Shown: piece by piece, positions 1 to 14,051 of the stretch | How the letters are laid out: each line of letters starts with the position of its first letter | How positions within the stretch are numbered: the first letter of the stretch is position 1 | Assembly (NCBI RefSeq): GCF_001194135.2 | Contig: NC_068986.1 | Span: 53,843,289-53,907,288 of the forward strand | DNA length: 64,000 bases | Source of the DNA: Octopus bimaculoides | Lineage: Eukaryota | Direction of reading: 5' to 3' | Made by a program: the position numbers and the translations under genes | Notes under the pieces: model-generated | The model's input: only the letters and a program-made list of their open reading frames with translations | Databases searched by the model: none | What the model was told of the DNA's origin: nothing

Positions 1-579
1 GATCTTATATATATACATGCATATATGTATAAATTTATATATAAACACACACATATAAACACACACATATACATATATATACACATTTAAATATACATAC
101 ATGTGTGTGTGTGTGTGTTCATAAGCCACGGTTGTATTATTCGTCGTTTCAAGATGGTGGTCTTAAAAAGAAACTCTAAGCAAGACAGACAAGAATTACG
201 GCTACAAATATGATACGCTTTTCATGTTAAATCTATTCACACACAGTTTTGATTCACACGTATTTTCTAAATGATAACCATAAACAAATTAAGATAGTAT
301 TAAGGAAAAAAATAATATAAAATGTAAATAAGAAGATGCAAAAATTTAAACAGAGTTGGAATAAATTCGAAAATGAAAAAACAGCAAAGCAGGAGAATAA
401 GAAAAAAATGCAATCAAAGATTTTATAAACTTTGTATTGTTCTGTGCTTATTTTTGTAATAGAATTAGTTTTGTGTTTTGAAAGTGGCTAAGTACAAGAG
501 GAAAGAGCAAGTACACGCGATACGTATGTATAGCTCTATAGAGGCATGTTCATGTGTATGGATGGGCATTCATATACGT

Positions 580-706
580 TTGATATATATATAAACGCGT
601 ATGTATATACATGTGCACACTCACACACACACAAACATATAAATATTTATATATATGTATATATATGTATATATGCGTACAAACACACACACACACACAC
701 TCACAC

Positions 707-737
<31 letters not shown>

Positions 738-919
738 CATATATATATATATACATATGCATATATATATATACACACATACCTACATATATTTATAATA
801 CATACTTGTACATACACACACACGCACACACACACATATTTATATGTAAGTATATATATGTATACACACACACATACACATATTATATAATAATAATAAT
901 GATAGTAATAATAATAATG

Positions 920-970
<51 letters not shown>
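580..970. repeat. Compound (TA)n/(CA)n/(AAT)n microsatellite, representative of dozens in the window
   Basis: Directly visible; similar tracts flank most N gaps. Confidence 0.95.
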
Positions 971-1165
971 CAATCCTTTCTACTAAAAGCACAAGGCCTG
1001 AAATTTTGGGGCGGTGGTTAGTCGATTACATCGACTCCAGCGTTCAACTGGTACTTATTTTGTTGACCCCGAAAGAATAAAATGTAAAGCCGGCCTCGGC
1101 GGGATTTGAACTCAGAACGTGATGATGGACAAAAGGCTGCTAAACATTTTGCTCAGCTCACTGCA
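971..1165 (-). mobile_element. tRNA-derived SINE family D
   Basis: B box GTTCAAATCCC on the - strand and conserved CGGGGTCAACAAAATAAGTACCAG body; abuts (AAT)n. Confidence 0.8.
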
Positions 1166-2845
1166 TTCCAGTAATATTGACATTAGCTTTAAATTCTCTA
1201 TAATAATGTATGTACACAACAGTGAAGTGCCAGAGGTCACAACATCTTAAATTAGGTGCTATATATCATAATCTATCTTTGTATATACGGTTAATCTTAT
1301 AACCTGAATCGTTTATCTTCAACTCTTGAACTTTTGACATCAAGTTAAATATTCTGCAATTTGTGATCGAACCTCGCAAAATTTCTCGGGTCATTGAAAG
1401 TGAAAGTGAAAGTGTGACGTCACACACAATCGATGCTTCAACAACAGAAATTTGTTGGCTTCGAACAGAAGACGGACTGGACACATACATATATATATAA
1501 ATGTGTGTGTGCGCCTGTATGTGTATGAGTACACATATGTATATATGTATATGGGTGCGTATGTATGTGTGTGTGTGTGTGGGGGGGACAAGGCAGCAGT
1601 TTGCTGAAAAGGCAGCATATCTTATGGAATCAAAGATGGTGTGGCTATTGACTGTATAGTGCAATTCTTCACAACAATGTTACAGTAAGGAACAATTAAA
1701 ATCATGTAGATATATATATACACATACGAGAGAGTGCTGAAATGTTCCTGGCTTTGGGTAAAAGAAAATACAGGAAGATCAGTTAATTATGATTTTATGC
1801 AACATATTCCCCTCTCAGGTTCACATACTTATTGCAGAGGTCTTTCAGTTCTTCTAAGCCCTGGTAAAAGAACTCGGAAGGCTGGGCCTCGAACCAAGTC
1901 TTTCGCGATACCCTTATTTCCTGGAACAGGTAATTCGTATTATACACCTTGGGCAAGTGTCTTCTACTATAGCCTCGGGCCGACCAAAGCCTTGTGAGTG
2001 GATTTGGTAGACGGAAACTGAAAGAAACCCGTCGTATATATGTATATATATATATNNNNNNNNNNNNNNNNNNNNNNNNNNNNNNNNNNNNNNNNNNNNN
2101 NNNNNNNNNNNNNNNNNNNNNNNNNNNNNNNNNNNNNNNNNNNNNNNNNNNNNNNNNNNNNNNNNNNNNNNNNNNNNNNNNNNNNNNNNNNNNNNNNNNN
2201 NNNNNNNNNNNNNNNNNNNNNNNNNNNNNNNNNNNNNNNNNNNNNNNNNNNNNNNNNNNNNNNNNNNNNNNNNNNNNNNNNNNNNNNNNNNNNNNNNNNN
2301 NNNNNNNNNNNNNNNNNNNNNNNNNNNNNNNNNNNNNNNNNNNNNNNNNNNNNNNNNNNNNNNNNNNNNNNNNNNNNNNNNNNNNNNNNNNNNNNNNNNN
2401 NNNNNNNNNNNNNNNNNNNNNNNNNNNNNNNNNNNNNNNNNNNNNNNNNNNNNNNNNNNNNNNNNNNNNNNNNNNNNNNNNNNNNNNNNNNNNNNNNNNN
2501 NNNNNNNNNNNNNNNNNNNNNNNNNNNNNNNNNNNNNNNNNNNNNNNNNNNNNNNNNNNNNNNNNNNNNNNNNNNNNNNNNNNNNNNNNNNNNNNNNNNN
2601 NNNNNNNNNNNNNNNNNNNNNNNNNNNNNNNNNNNNNNNNNNNNNNNNNNNNNNNNNNNNNNNNNNNNNNNNNNNNNNNNNNNNNNNNNNNNNNNNNNNN
2701 NNNNNNNNNNNNNNNNNNNNNNNNNNNNNNNNNNNNNNNNNNNNNNNNNNNNNNNNNNNNNNNNNNNNNNNNNNNNNNNNNNNNNNNNNNNNNNNNNNNN
2801 NNNNNNNNNNNNNNNNNNNNNNNNNNNNNNNNNNNNNNNNNNNNN

Positions 2846-2908
<63 letters not shown>

Positions 2909-3265
2909 TAAACACATTTTCAGTGTGTTTCAGTGTGTCTGAATATATATATGTGTGCGTGTGCGTGTGCGTGTGTACACGCAAGTATGTGTGCGTGTGT
3001 ACACGCAAGTATGTGTGCGCGTGTACACGCAAGTATGTGTGCGCGTGTATGTGTGTGTGTGTTTGTGTGTGCGTCTGTGTAAATCTCAATACGTTGTAAC
3101 ACATACACAAAATACACACACACACACACACATACACACACACATGTTCAGGCACACTCAAGCACACACTAAAAATGTGTGTTTATCTCTTTCTCTCTAT
3201 CTATCTCCATCCCTATCTATCTGTTTGTGCATTCATATATATATATATATATATATATGTATATG

Positions 3266-3314
<49 letters not shown>

Positions 3315-3468
3315 TTGCATGCATACACAATACGCTCACGCACAAACACATAATGATAATAATAAAGTTCAACATGTACATATGTACACATACACACACA
3401 CGCACACACATTATACATATGCATGCTACACACACGTGTTCACACATAAGTGTAGGAGCGGATATTCA

Positions 3469-3520
<52 letters not shown>

Positions 3521-3522
3521 GT

Positions 3523-3898
3523 GGAGGCGCAATGACCCAGTGGTTAGGGCAGCGGACTCGTGGTCGTAGGATCGCGGTTTCGATTCCCAGACCGGGCGTT
3601 GTGAGTGTTTATTGAGCGAAAACACCTAAAGTTCCACTCTGGCAGGGAATGGTGGCGAACCCTGCTGTACTCTTTCACCACAACTTTCTCTCACTCTTTC
3701 TTCCTGTTTCTGTTGTGCTTGTAATTCAAAGGGCCAACCTTGTCACACTCTGTGTCACGCTGAATCTCCCCTGAGAACTACGTTAAGGGTACACGTGTCT
3801 GTGGAGTGCTCAGCCACTTGCACGTTAATTTCAAGAGCAGGCTGTTCCCTTGATCGGAGCAGCTGGAACTCTCGTCGTCGTAAGCGACGGAGTGCCAC
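3523..3898 (+). mobile_element. tRNA-derived SINE, family A
   Basis: A box TGACCCAGTGG and B box GGTTTCGATTCCC; inserted in a (TATC)n tract; homologue at 34601. Confidence 0.88.
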
Positions 3899-3899
3899 G

Positions 3900-3948
<49 letters not shown>

Positions 3949-4989
3949 CACATATATACGTATGTGTATGAATATATGTCTATAAGTACACACATATTAT
4001 AATACATGTATAGTACAAATGTAATATTGTGTATGTGTGTGTGCGTGTGTACACTTATAACACACTGACATAAACTCCCGCGCAGACGAATATATTACCC
4101 GGGACACATACACGCGCACACACACTCACACACACAATCGTATATAGATACACTCCCATACACACACACACTCGTATATACATGTACTCCCATACGCATA
4201 CAAACACACACATACACACCCGCGTATATGCATACACTTCCAAACACACACACACACACTTACCAAACATGCTCACACATCATTAAATATGAATGTGGAG
4301 AGAAGGTTGTTATAAAAAATAGGTTAAATCAACAAAGAACTTTGGGAAGCGATGATGATGATGTTGATGATGATGATGAGGAAGAGGAGGAGGGGGAGGG
4401 GGAGGAGGAGAAGAAAGGAAACTACTACTACTACTACTACTACTACAAATAATAATAATAATGATGTTCATTTCTGGTAAAGGCACAAGGCCTGAAATTN
4501 NNNNNNNNNNNNNNNNNNNNNNNNNNNNNNNNNNNNNNNNNNNNNNNNNNNNNNNNNNNNNNNNNNNNNNNNNNNNNNNNNNNNNNNNNNNNNNNNNNNN
4601 NNNNNNNNNNNNNNNNNNNNNNNNNNNNNNNNNNNNNNNNNNNNNNNNNNNNNNNNNNNNNNNNNNNNNNNNNNNNNNNNNNNNNNNNNNNNNNNNNNNN
4701 NNNNNNNNNNNNNNNNNNNNNNNNNNNNNNNNNNNNNNNNNNNNNNNNNNNNNAATAATAATAATAATAATAATAATAAAAAATTCGTTTTATTGGCCAC
4801 AAGAGCTAATATCAATTAAAAACATGTAAGGACAAAGACAGGACGAAGGTTACAAAAGGTTTTGTCCGAAAAGGTAGGAAAGTTCGTCTAAACAGAGGAA
4901 GAAAACGGAGAAAAGATATAATAAATAAATAGATAAATAAATAAATAAATAAATAAATAGAACTCCCAAAGGGGGAATCCAATCCAAAC

Positions 4990-5493
4990 AGATCAGGTGC
5001 TAGAGTATAACAGATCGGACCTAGCGGTGGTGGTCAAGGTGAACTACATATGCGAGAAAGTTGATGTCGCATGCCCCTTTGACTCACGAATAGTCAAGAT
5101 GGAAGGCGAAAAGATAGATAGATGCAACCCTCTTAAACACGAAATAGCCCGTCTATAGAAAATGATGAAGGTGAAGATGAATTACTTTTAATTTTTACAC
5201 TCATAGATAACAACTTGGGTTGTAACTTCTGAGCCCGAGTCAGGCACATGTGAACGATGTTGAGAGAATGTCTGCTACGAATAATATTTTTTGACACAGG
5301 GCACCTCTAAGACAACCACCAGATGCTGAATGAAAATAAATGAACTGCGACCCGGCTCAATAAAAGGAGCCCGAGTTATTGACTGCGATTAAATACTTGA
5401 AGTCACTGCTGGCAGAAATTATATCAGCTTGCAAATATACACGTTCACTTTACAAAATTTATATTCGGGCAGCCGGAGTGCCGGACTCGCCAA

Positions 5494-5541
<48 letters not shown>

Positions 5542-5700
5542 GAAACAAATATGGCTGAACTTGGCTTCTCGGGGAGAGAATGCAACTCCAAAATTCGCAT
5601 GCTACAAATGACTGCGATATCTGGAACAATAGAAATCTGCAAGATTTTAAGATTTAAAAGATGATGAACCAAAGATGTGAGAGTTTTGACTGGTGGCTGT
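4990..5700 (+). mobile_element. Fragmented R4/Dong-like RLE C-terminus
   Basis: NRSDLAVVVKVNYICEKVDVACPFDSRIVKMEGEKIDRCNPLKHEIARL, and later LQMTAISGTIEICK; interrupted. Confidence 0.55.
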
Positions 5701-6270
5701 TGGTACTGCCACCTATGGTTGCTTTTGGAGTAAGAGACGGAGAGAAAATGTTTGCTAAGAAATAGAAGGGAGGGAGAATTACACCTCAAGGGGAGAGAAC
5801 CGCTCAGGGTTCATAATTAGTCTTTTTCTTTAGCTTTATAATTATTATTATTATTATTATTATTATTATCATTTTTCTCTCATTTTGGGTGTCCCAGTAG
5901 AACAAAAGGTGCTTTCCTTCACAATTCTGCTACCAAGTAGGTGGCCATCAGAATCACCTATAAATTAATAAAAAAAGAAAAGAAAAAGAAAACATACATA
6001 TATTCACCTATATGTACAAGCATTTACCTACATACAAGCATGTGTGTGTATGTGGGCGTCTGTGTGTTTGCGTTATAAGCTATTTTTCTTTCTACAGTTC
6101 AAATCGGGAGTCATGTATCTGTATGTATGTATGTATGTATGTATGTATGTATGTATGTATATGTTTGTANNNNNNNNNNNNNNNNNNNNNNNNNNNNNNN
6201 NNNNNNNNNNNNNNNNNNNNNNNNNNNNNNNNNNNNNNNNNNNNNNNNNNNNNNNNNNNNNNNNNNNNNC

Positions 6271-6302
<32 letters not shown>

Positions 6303-8109
6303 ACATACACACACACATAAATTGGAGAGAGAGAGAGAGAGACATATACCTGGTGAACATACAAGCATGTGTGAATATCATAGTTAAACTTCCATGTTTT
6401 TCTCTCTGGTCAGAAAAAGAGATCAGTCTTGTTAGTTCATTATTTAAAATGATCTAATCAGAGAATTATTTTCCCACCAAAACTTGATGCTTTCAGTGTC
6501 ACTGAGGTTTGGTAGGTATGGGATTGGCAAATGCTTTCGAAGGCAGCCCAGATGGTATAAATTTTTGATGTCATGTGAATCAAGGCAAAATGTGTAACCA
6601 TGAACACACAAAACTGTGGAAGTATAATTTGCTTTAATGTTTCTTTGTTTATACGAGTATATATCTAATTTTTATGTATCATTAATCAATAAATCTATAA
6701 ATTCTATTTTTGAGAGGAGAGGTTAGAATGTTGTCAAAGGGTAGTTAAAATTTTGTAGTACTTGTAATCAAAACTGATTGCAAAGGGCAATTAGTTAATA
6801 CTGACCTAATAACCCATTTAATATACTTCATCTTTGAAATTTAAAAAAAGATATATAAATTGTCCCAAATACTGAAATCCATTCTCCAGCAAAAGATTAA
6901 TAAAATATATAAATAAAGTCTGGGTTGCATTTCTAAAAGTCAATCAAATTTTCACTTTTGTATTTACCTTTTTACTCATCCTTTAACTTCGGGGTTTATA
7001 ACTTCTAGTTGATGAGCTGGATGCCAGTTCCTTGCTAATACAATCAAATAGATTTTGAAAGGTTTTTGAAGCTTCACATTTCATAGAGATCTGTTATTTG
7101 CTGTTGAAATTGTAGCTTCAAGCTAATGAGGAGGCTAATCAGTCTGAGATCATAAAAGACTGAGATGAGTAGCAATTTGCAGTGCTTGAGAAGACCTGTT
7201 CATCTCAGTAAAAATGAAGTCCTAGTAACATATCATTTATGTCTATGCTCTTCACTCAATCTGTACAATCTTAAGCCTTTCCCTCGACTCATGTTCTTAA
7301 TACCCATTCCTCCATCACTTTTCTAACTGCAGGTGCTATTTAGTCAGTTGCTCTTATTATATGAGAGCAGAGCTGCATATATTTCATCCATTTTTTTATG
7401 CTATGTGCTATCCTTCTACTTCAAACCACTTCCATTGTCATCCAACCTCTATTCTCAACATCATCCCTTATTTTATTTTCCTCTGAACATCCCTTTTCCT
7501 TGAACACTCTCATATCTGCCATTAGCAACACTCCACCTTTGTTTGTCACTAACTATATCCACTCCTATGTACCTCTGACCTCAGTCTCAGTCACTGTGCA
7601 TCCATCTTTCCTCCACATCACATCATCATCCTATTTCTTACCTAGCTATTGTTTTCCTGTACTCTTGTTCTCTACACCCCCTTTATGAACTGCTACCTTC
7701 CACCATTGATCATGCTTCTACTTCTGTTCACCATTCACTGCATTCATCTCAGTCCCTCTCTCTAACCACCTTTCACACTTTTGTGAACTTACCCATTCAA
7801 CAATTCTTGATCTGTTACTATTCTTTTCTACATCCACCTTCCTGAGGGTATGCCTTGACACCTTATTGCTACCATCCTTTCTCCCTTTCCAACTGAGGTA
7901 TCCATGTAACTCCTCTACAGCAAGACACCTGTTCCTGTCTCTCTATCATAATTTAGTTTTTCAACACATGACACTGAGCTGCCCAACTCAATGCTGCACC
8001 TCCACTCAACTGAGGAGTTTTGACTGGCAAGTTACTTGGTGACATCACTAGTGCCAGTACAATGGGAAAAAGCACTCACTACACTCTGTAAATTGGTTGG
8101 CATTAAGAA

Positions 8110-8489
8110 GGCTTTGTGGTAAAATGTTTGCTTTCCAGCCACATGGTTCTGGGTTCAGTCCCACTGCATGGCACCTTGGGCATGTGTCTTCTATAGCTCC
8201 AGGCTGACCAAAGCTTTGTTAGGGAATTTGGAAAATGGAAGCTGAAAGAAACCCATCATATATATATACGTCTACATATCTATAAGTGCATGTATTTGCA
8301 TATGCATTTTTCCCCAGCCCTCTTAGCAACTGGTGTTTATAACCCTGTAACTTAGCAATTTGGTAAAAGAGACCAGCAGAAGGCTTAGAAGGAAAAAAAT
8401 TAGATGTGTCAATTAGTTTGATTAAACCCCTAAAGGAATGCTCCAACATGACCACAGTCCAATAAATGAATCAAGCAAAAGATAAAAGA

Positions 8490-8490
<1 letters not shown>
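8110..8490 (+). mobile_element. tRNA-derived SINE family B (internal microsatellite)
   Basis: tRNA-like head, then CCTTGGGCA.GTGTCTTCT core, TA/TG tract, and 3' half ending AAAAGATAAAAGA; CpG-decayed. Confidence 0.75.
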
Positions 8491-8520
<30 letters not shown>

Positions 8521-8764
8521 GATATCATTTTATATATAATTGTATATGTGTATATATATTTAAATGTATGTACATCTATATCAATATATGTATACACACA
8601 CATGCACACATACATAATATACTAGCAGAGACACCTGGTGTTGCCTGGGGATGAAATTGTTCCTTATATATTGGAAGAAAAAAACAAAATATGTTGTATA
8701 GAAATTCAGTTTATTCTTCATTTGGGATACGATATATTCTTCAATTGAGAAATCAATTTTGAAT

Positions 8765-9135
8765 TCATCATCATCATCATCATCGTTATTTAACATCTAC
8801 TTTCCATGCTGGCATGGGTTGGATGGTTTGACTGAAGGCTGGCAAGCCAGAAGGCTACAATCTGATCTGGCAAAGTTTCTACAGCTGGATGCACTTCCTA
8901 ACACCAACCACTCCAAAAGTGTAGTGGGTGCTTTTATGTGCCACCGGCACGAGGGCCAGTGAGGCAGTACTGGCATCAACCATGCTCAAATGATGCCTTT
9001 TATGTGCCACCTGCACAGGAACCAGTCTGATGGCACTGGCAACGACCACACTCGAATGGTGTCTTTTATGTGCCACCGGCACAGGAGCCAGTCAGCGGCC
9101 TTGGCATCGATCGCGCTCAAATGATGCTTTTAAAT
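8765..9135 (-). mobile_element. RTE-LINE 3' UTR fragment
   Basis: Homologous to 20130-20384, with a (CAT)n tail on the + strand and three ~66-bp subrepeats. Confidence 0.8.
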
Positions 9136-9149
9136 GATGCTCAAATGAT

Positions 9150-9935
9150 GCTTTTATTTCATCGGATCTTGTTCATCTTGGAATGACTGGTAATGTCTGT
9201 CTGAGGTCTCCTGATAAAACTAATGTAACTCCTCCCATAGATTTATTGTTGTCTCTTATGTCTTGTAAGGTTTTACGAAGAGCTTCCATTGCACCTCTAT
9301 GTAACATGGTGCATTCATCTCAAATGATCAGGTGGCATTGACGCAACACCTCTGCTGAACCTAAACCTTTGGTCATGTTACTAATTGGACTGTCATTCGT
9401 GACCAGGTTTAGCAGTAATTTAAAAGCAGAATGAGCTGTTTGTCCTCCTGGGAGAATGGTGGCAGGAATGCCAGATGATGCTACAGCAACTGCAATTCTT
9501 TTTTGTTGCCTTACTTTGGAGAGAAGCAATGATGTTACAAATGTTTTACCTGTGCCACCAGAAGCATCAAGAAAGAAAATGCCTCCATTTTTTTTTTCTC
9601 TGACTGACGAAATAATTTTATCATATGCACAGCATTGTTCTGGAAGAAGTTTAGGTTCATTTTCATTCATAAATGCAGCCAATTCTGATATCATAATTTG
9701 TCTCTCTTGCTATGTCTCTTGAAGTTAAATCATTAATTTGATGGTTTATTTTGGGGAGTCCAAAGCCAGACTCTTGCAAATTTTTGCCTCTCGTGCCCAA
9801 AACTTGATCCTCAATTTCAATCAGTGCTTGTTTAAAAATTGTTTCAGAGAACTGAATATTGATATCTGGGTTTGCCTGTTAAACTGCATACTTTAAGTCC
9901 TCAGACATGTCCTCACAATGTTTCATCCAAAGCTA
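9150..9935 (-). mobile_element. Helitron-type PIF1 helicase fragment
   Basis: FFLDASGGTGKTF (Walker A), AVASSGIPATILPGGQTAHSAFK, then WDECTM and VLSGDLRQTLPV-like motifs. Confidence 0.9.
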
Positions 9936-9994
9936 TAGGGGACTGCCAAATTGACACTGTTTAGTATAAATAAATATACATACATCTTTTTGTA

Positions 9995-10030
<36 letters not shown>

Positions 10031-10296
10031 CGTGTGTGTGCGTGTGAGAGAGAGAAAGTGTGTGCCACATAGATATCAATCTCTCTCTCTCTCTCTCACA
10101 CACACACAGACACACACAAGTGCACACACACATACATATAAAAAAAGATGTATGGATATGTATTTATGTATGTACGTATGCATGACAACACATCCATTCA
10201 CTCTCTATCACACAATGCACACATACATACAAAAATATATATGTATATGTATTTATGTTGACATGATAACACATCCCTTCACTCTCTCTCTCTCTT

Positions 10297-10360
<64 letters not shown>

Positions 10361-11558
10361 ACATGTACACAAAAACACACACACACATACATAAATGTAT
10401 ACAAACATACATAAATGTATACAAACATACATACAAAAAACACATGTGTATGTGACTGACAACAAATACATAGAGCTAAACACAGCACTCAAAAAGTAAA
10501 TAAATAAAAACTTTTTACAGAAATTAATGAAATGTGCAGGTTCAAGTGAAATTTGTGAACTTAGTATATATTGCTTTCAGTAATTTATCATAGTTGTTTG
10601 CAAATAGCGAATTAAAAACTTGAAATGAAAACATTAAAACAGAGAGTGAGAGATTTCGCAAATGAAAACGGAAAATTTCGCCAGTGTTATGTCGATACTG
10701 GAAGCTGACATTGCGAAACATTTTTAAAGAAGTGAATCATATATATAAAGCAATATTATTTATTTTTAATAAAAAATAAACTGAAGAGCCTAATATGTAT
10801 CTGAGGTCAAATTGTTCATGCATCCCAAGTATGGAAGCAATTTGCACAGCCGTTTTTGCATGAAAATTAAACACACACGCAAGTCTATTTTATATAATAA
10901 AGATATATATATATATATATATATANNNNNNNNNNNNNNNNNNNNNNNNNNNNNNNNNNNNNNNNNNNNNNNNNNNNNNNNNNNNNNNNNNNNNNNNNNN
11001 NNNNNNNNNNNNNNNNNNNNNNNNNNNNNNATATATATTTTAATATTTCAATTAGGCATTGTGAGACTAGTAACCTGGTGCAGAACTCAATATAAGTATG
11101 CTTCAGAATGAAAGATGGTTGTTATGAACTTTGTTAGCTTAAGGCTGTTTCTGCTATAAGAAGCAGTGGACCCATAGTTAGGTGCCTGAATAACATCCTA
11201 TGGCTTCGTTGGAGCCATGAATATGAAGTGCAATTTATTTAGGGAAACAGAATTACATTTATGCAATATATAGGGAAGGTGTTAATAGGGAGAAAGTCAG
11301 TAGTGATGTATATAAAAAGGGTGTATCCAAAAGGTAATGAGATTTATAGGTAGTTTAATATTATTAATCTAATTGCAATTAGATTCAATAGAAAAGCTGG
11401 AATTTGAGAGGTGCAGAGTTCATTTCCCTGTGGAGGCTTACTGGCCACTTTTTTTAGCATCTTCTAAATGGTATTTACACGATTCTATAAGCTGTCCTGA
11501 CAGCCTTCCTGCTTTCAAAAATTTCCTTTATTTTCTTTAGATTACCAATATATATTAC

Positions 11559-11594
<36 letters not shown>

Positions 11595-11984
11595 ATTTAT
11601 ATATATAAAGATATATAGCTATAGATACACACACTCATACACCTTCCTCCTTCTCATCAAGCTTAGGATTTTACCCATAATGACCTGACTTAACCAACTA
11701 TCTTGATATAATAATAATATAGACTTACCTTGTAGCTATTCTGGGAGAATACCATCATATATCACAACCATTATGAACATTCCTCAAACAATCTTTTACT
11801 GATCTCTTGTGATCTAAACATCTGAAACATTCTTTTCTGCCATCAAGTTGTGTTGATATGTAAATATATAAATGTCAGCATCTGACCAAATACCAGCTGT
11901 CTGCATGTTCAAACCTTTATTCTATTATATATAATTTTATACACACTCATACGCACAGAGACAGACAGACAGAAAAGTATGTAC

Positions 11985-12074
11985 TGTCAAAGAGGTAAGC
12001 TGTCCTGTTGATGTGAATATCTCTTTGGATTTTGTAAATGGAAACTGAAAAAAGCCTGTCATATGTGTTGGGTG

Positions 12075-12119
<45 letters not shown>

Positions 12120-12610
12120 NNNNNNNNNNNNNNNNNNNNNNNNNNNNNNNNNNNNNNNNNNNNNNNNNNNNNNNNNNNNNNNNNNNNNNNNNNNNNNNNN
12201 NNNNNNNNNNNNNNNNNNNNNNNNNNNNNNNNNNNNNNNNNNNNNNNNNNNNNNNNNNNNNNNNNNNNNNNNNNNNNNNNNNNNNNNNNNNNNNNNNNNN
12301 NNNNNNNNNNNNNNNNNNNNNNNNNNNNNNNNNNNNNNNNNNNNNNNNNNNNNNNNNNNNNNNNNNNNNNNNNNNNNNNNNNNNNNNNNNNNNNNNNNNN
12401 NNGTATTAGTGTATTCACATCCCTACAACTAAGTAGTTTGGCAAAAGTATCAATAAAATAAGTACCCGGTTTAACAAAATAAGTACTGGGGTTGATTTGT
12501 TTGACTAAAATTCTTCAAGGCTGTGCCCCAGTAAGGCTGTACCCCAGCATGGCTGTGCCCCAGCATGGCTGCAGCCTAATGACTGAAGCAGGTAAAAGAA
12601 TAAAAGAAAA
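11985..12610 (+). mobile_element. SINE family B with an N gap in its internal microsatellite
   Basis: 5' half ends GGAAACTGAAAAAAGCC, then (TG)n and the gap, then the 3' half. Confidence 0.7.
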
Positions 12611-12614
12611 TAAA

Positions 12615-13930
12615 AGGCCTTTGATACTGTGAATAGGGCCTTGCTATGAAAATACTTGGCAAACATGAATGTCCAGATCACTTTGTATCTATAATTAAAT
12701 CATTTTATGATGGGATGGAGGCTTGGGTCAATGTCAGTGGTGGCATGACAGGACCCATTCCTGTAGAGAATAGTGTCAAGCAGGGTGACATCCTTGCCCA
12801 AATTCTCTTTTCTTTGTACTTTGCTGCTGCCTTTACTCATGCTTTTGCGAAGGTTAGCTCTTTGGGAATATATGTCAGGTATTGATCTGATCGCCTCTTT
12901 AATCTGTGCTGATTTACTGCCAATTCAAAAGTTTTCCAGTCTCTTATTTGTGACCTCCTTTATGCAGATGGCTGTGACTTAGTCACTCATACAGTGGATG
13001 ACATGCAAATACTTATGAATTGTATTTCTGCTTCTTGCAAGACATTTGGACTCAGCATTATCCTGGACAAGACTGTTGTAATGTTCCAGCCTGCACCAGA
13101 AAATCTATATGTGGAACCAGCTATCTTGGTTGAAGGAACAATTCTGAAAGTGGTAGACAAGTTTGTCTACCTGGGCAGCACACTCAGCCGTTCTTACTCC
13201 CTGGATGACAAAATGTTTCAGGCTACAGAGAGCAACTGATTCCTTCCAGTCTCTTCAGTCTCATGTCTGGTCCCAGCATGGCATCACAAAGTAAACAAAA
13301 ATTTCTGTGTACCGTGCATGTGGACCCTTTACAAACATCATGTAAGGGTCCTTGAACGCTTTCATCAGAGATGTCTCAGACACATTCTGAATGTTGGCTG
13401 GACCTTAAAAACTCCAGACACACAGGTCCTTAGGACAGCTGATATCTTGAGTATTGAGGTGATGGTGCACAAGCACCAGTTACATTGGACTGGACACCTT
13501 ATTAGAATGAAGGATGGAAGGATCCCTAAACAGATGCTATATGGGGAAGTTGTGAATGGAAAGAGACCCTGGCAGAAACCAAGGCTGCGATTTAAGGACT
13601 GTGTCAAGTCCTCATTAAAGGCCTGTGATATGCAGGAGATTGACTGGGAGAGCAATGCCTGTCATCATCACAGATGGAGGAAGTGGGTTAAGGAAGGGGG
13701 TCAACACTTCTGAGAGAGCACGTATTCTGCATGAAGAACTTATGTGTGCTGCTTGAAAGCACACTGCTGGTGTAGTGAATGAGGAAAGATTGGTTTGCAA
13801 TGTTTGCAGTCATGTATGCTTGTGAAGAGCAGGGCTCATTAGCCACCAACAGAGCCAAAGATGCAAAATATAAATTAGTCCTAGAGCACACAATGTTCCT
13901 GAAAGTCAGCAATGGTCTTCTTTGGTTACG
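12615..13930 (+). mobile_element. 5'-truncated RTE-clade LINE (reverse transcriptase remnant)
   Basis: KAFDTV, VKQGDILA, YADG (YADD-like), FVYLGSTLS, QLHWTGHLIRMKDGRIPKQMLYGE; multiple stops. Confidence 0.92.
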
Positions 13931-13970
13931 AGTGGACAGCCATCATATATATATAAAAATAATGACAGAT

Positions 13971-14049
<79 letters not shown>

Positions 14050-14051
<2 letters not shown>

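Noticed and set aside
3523-3600. tRNA-like sequence with A and B boxes
   Set aside because: It continues into a ~300-bp body also found at 34601 with a TSD, so it is a SINE head rather than a tRNA gene.
546-4829. Many ORFs rich in HT/YI/CV/ER or X, here and throughout the window
   Set aside because: They are translations of dinucleotide microsatellites or N gaps, not genes.
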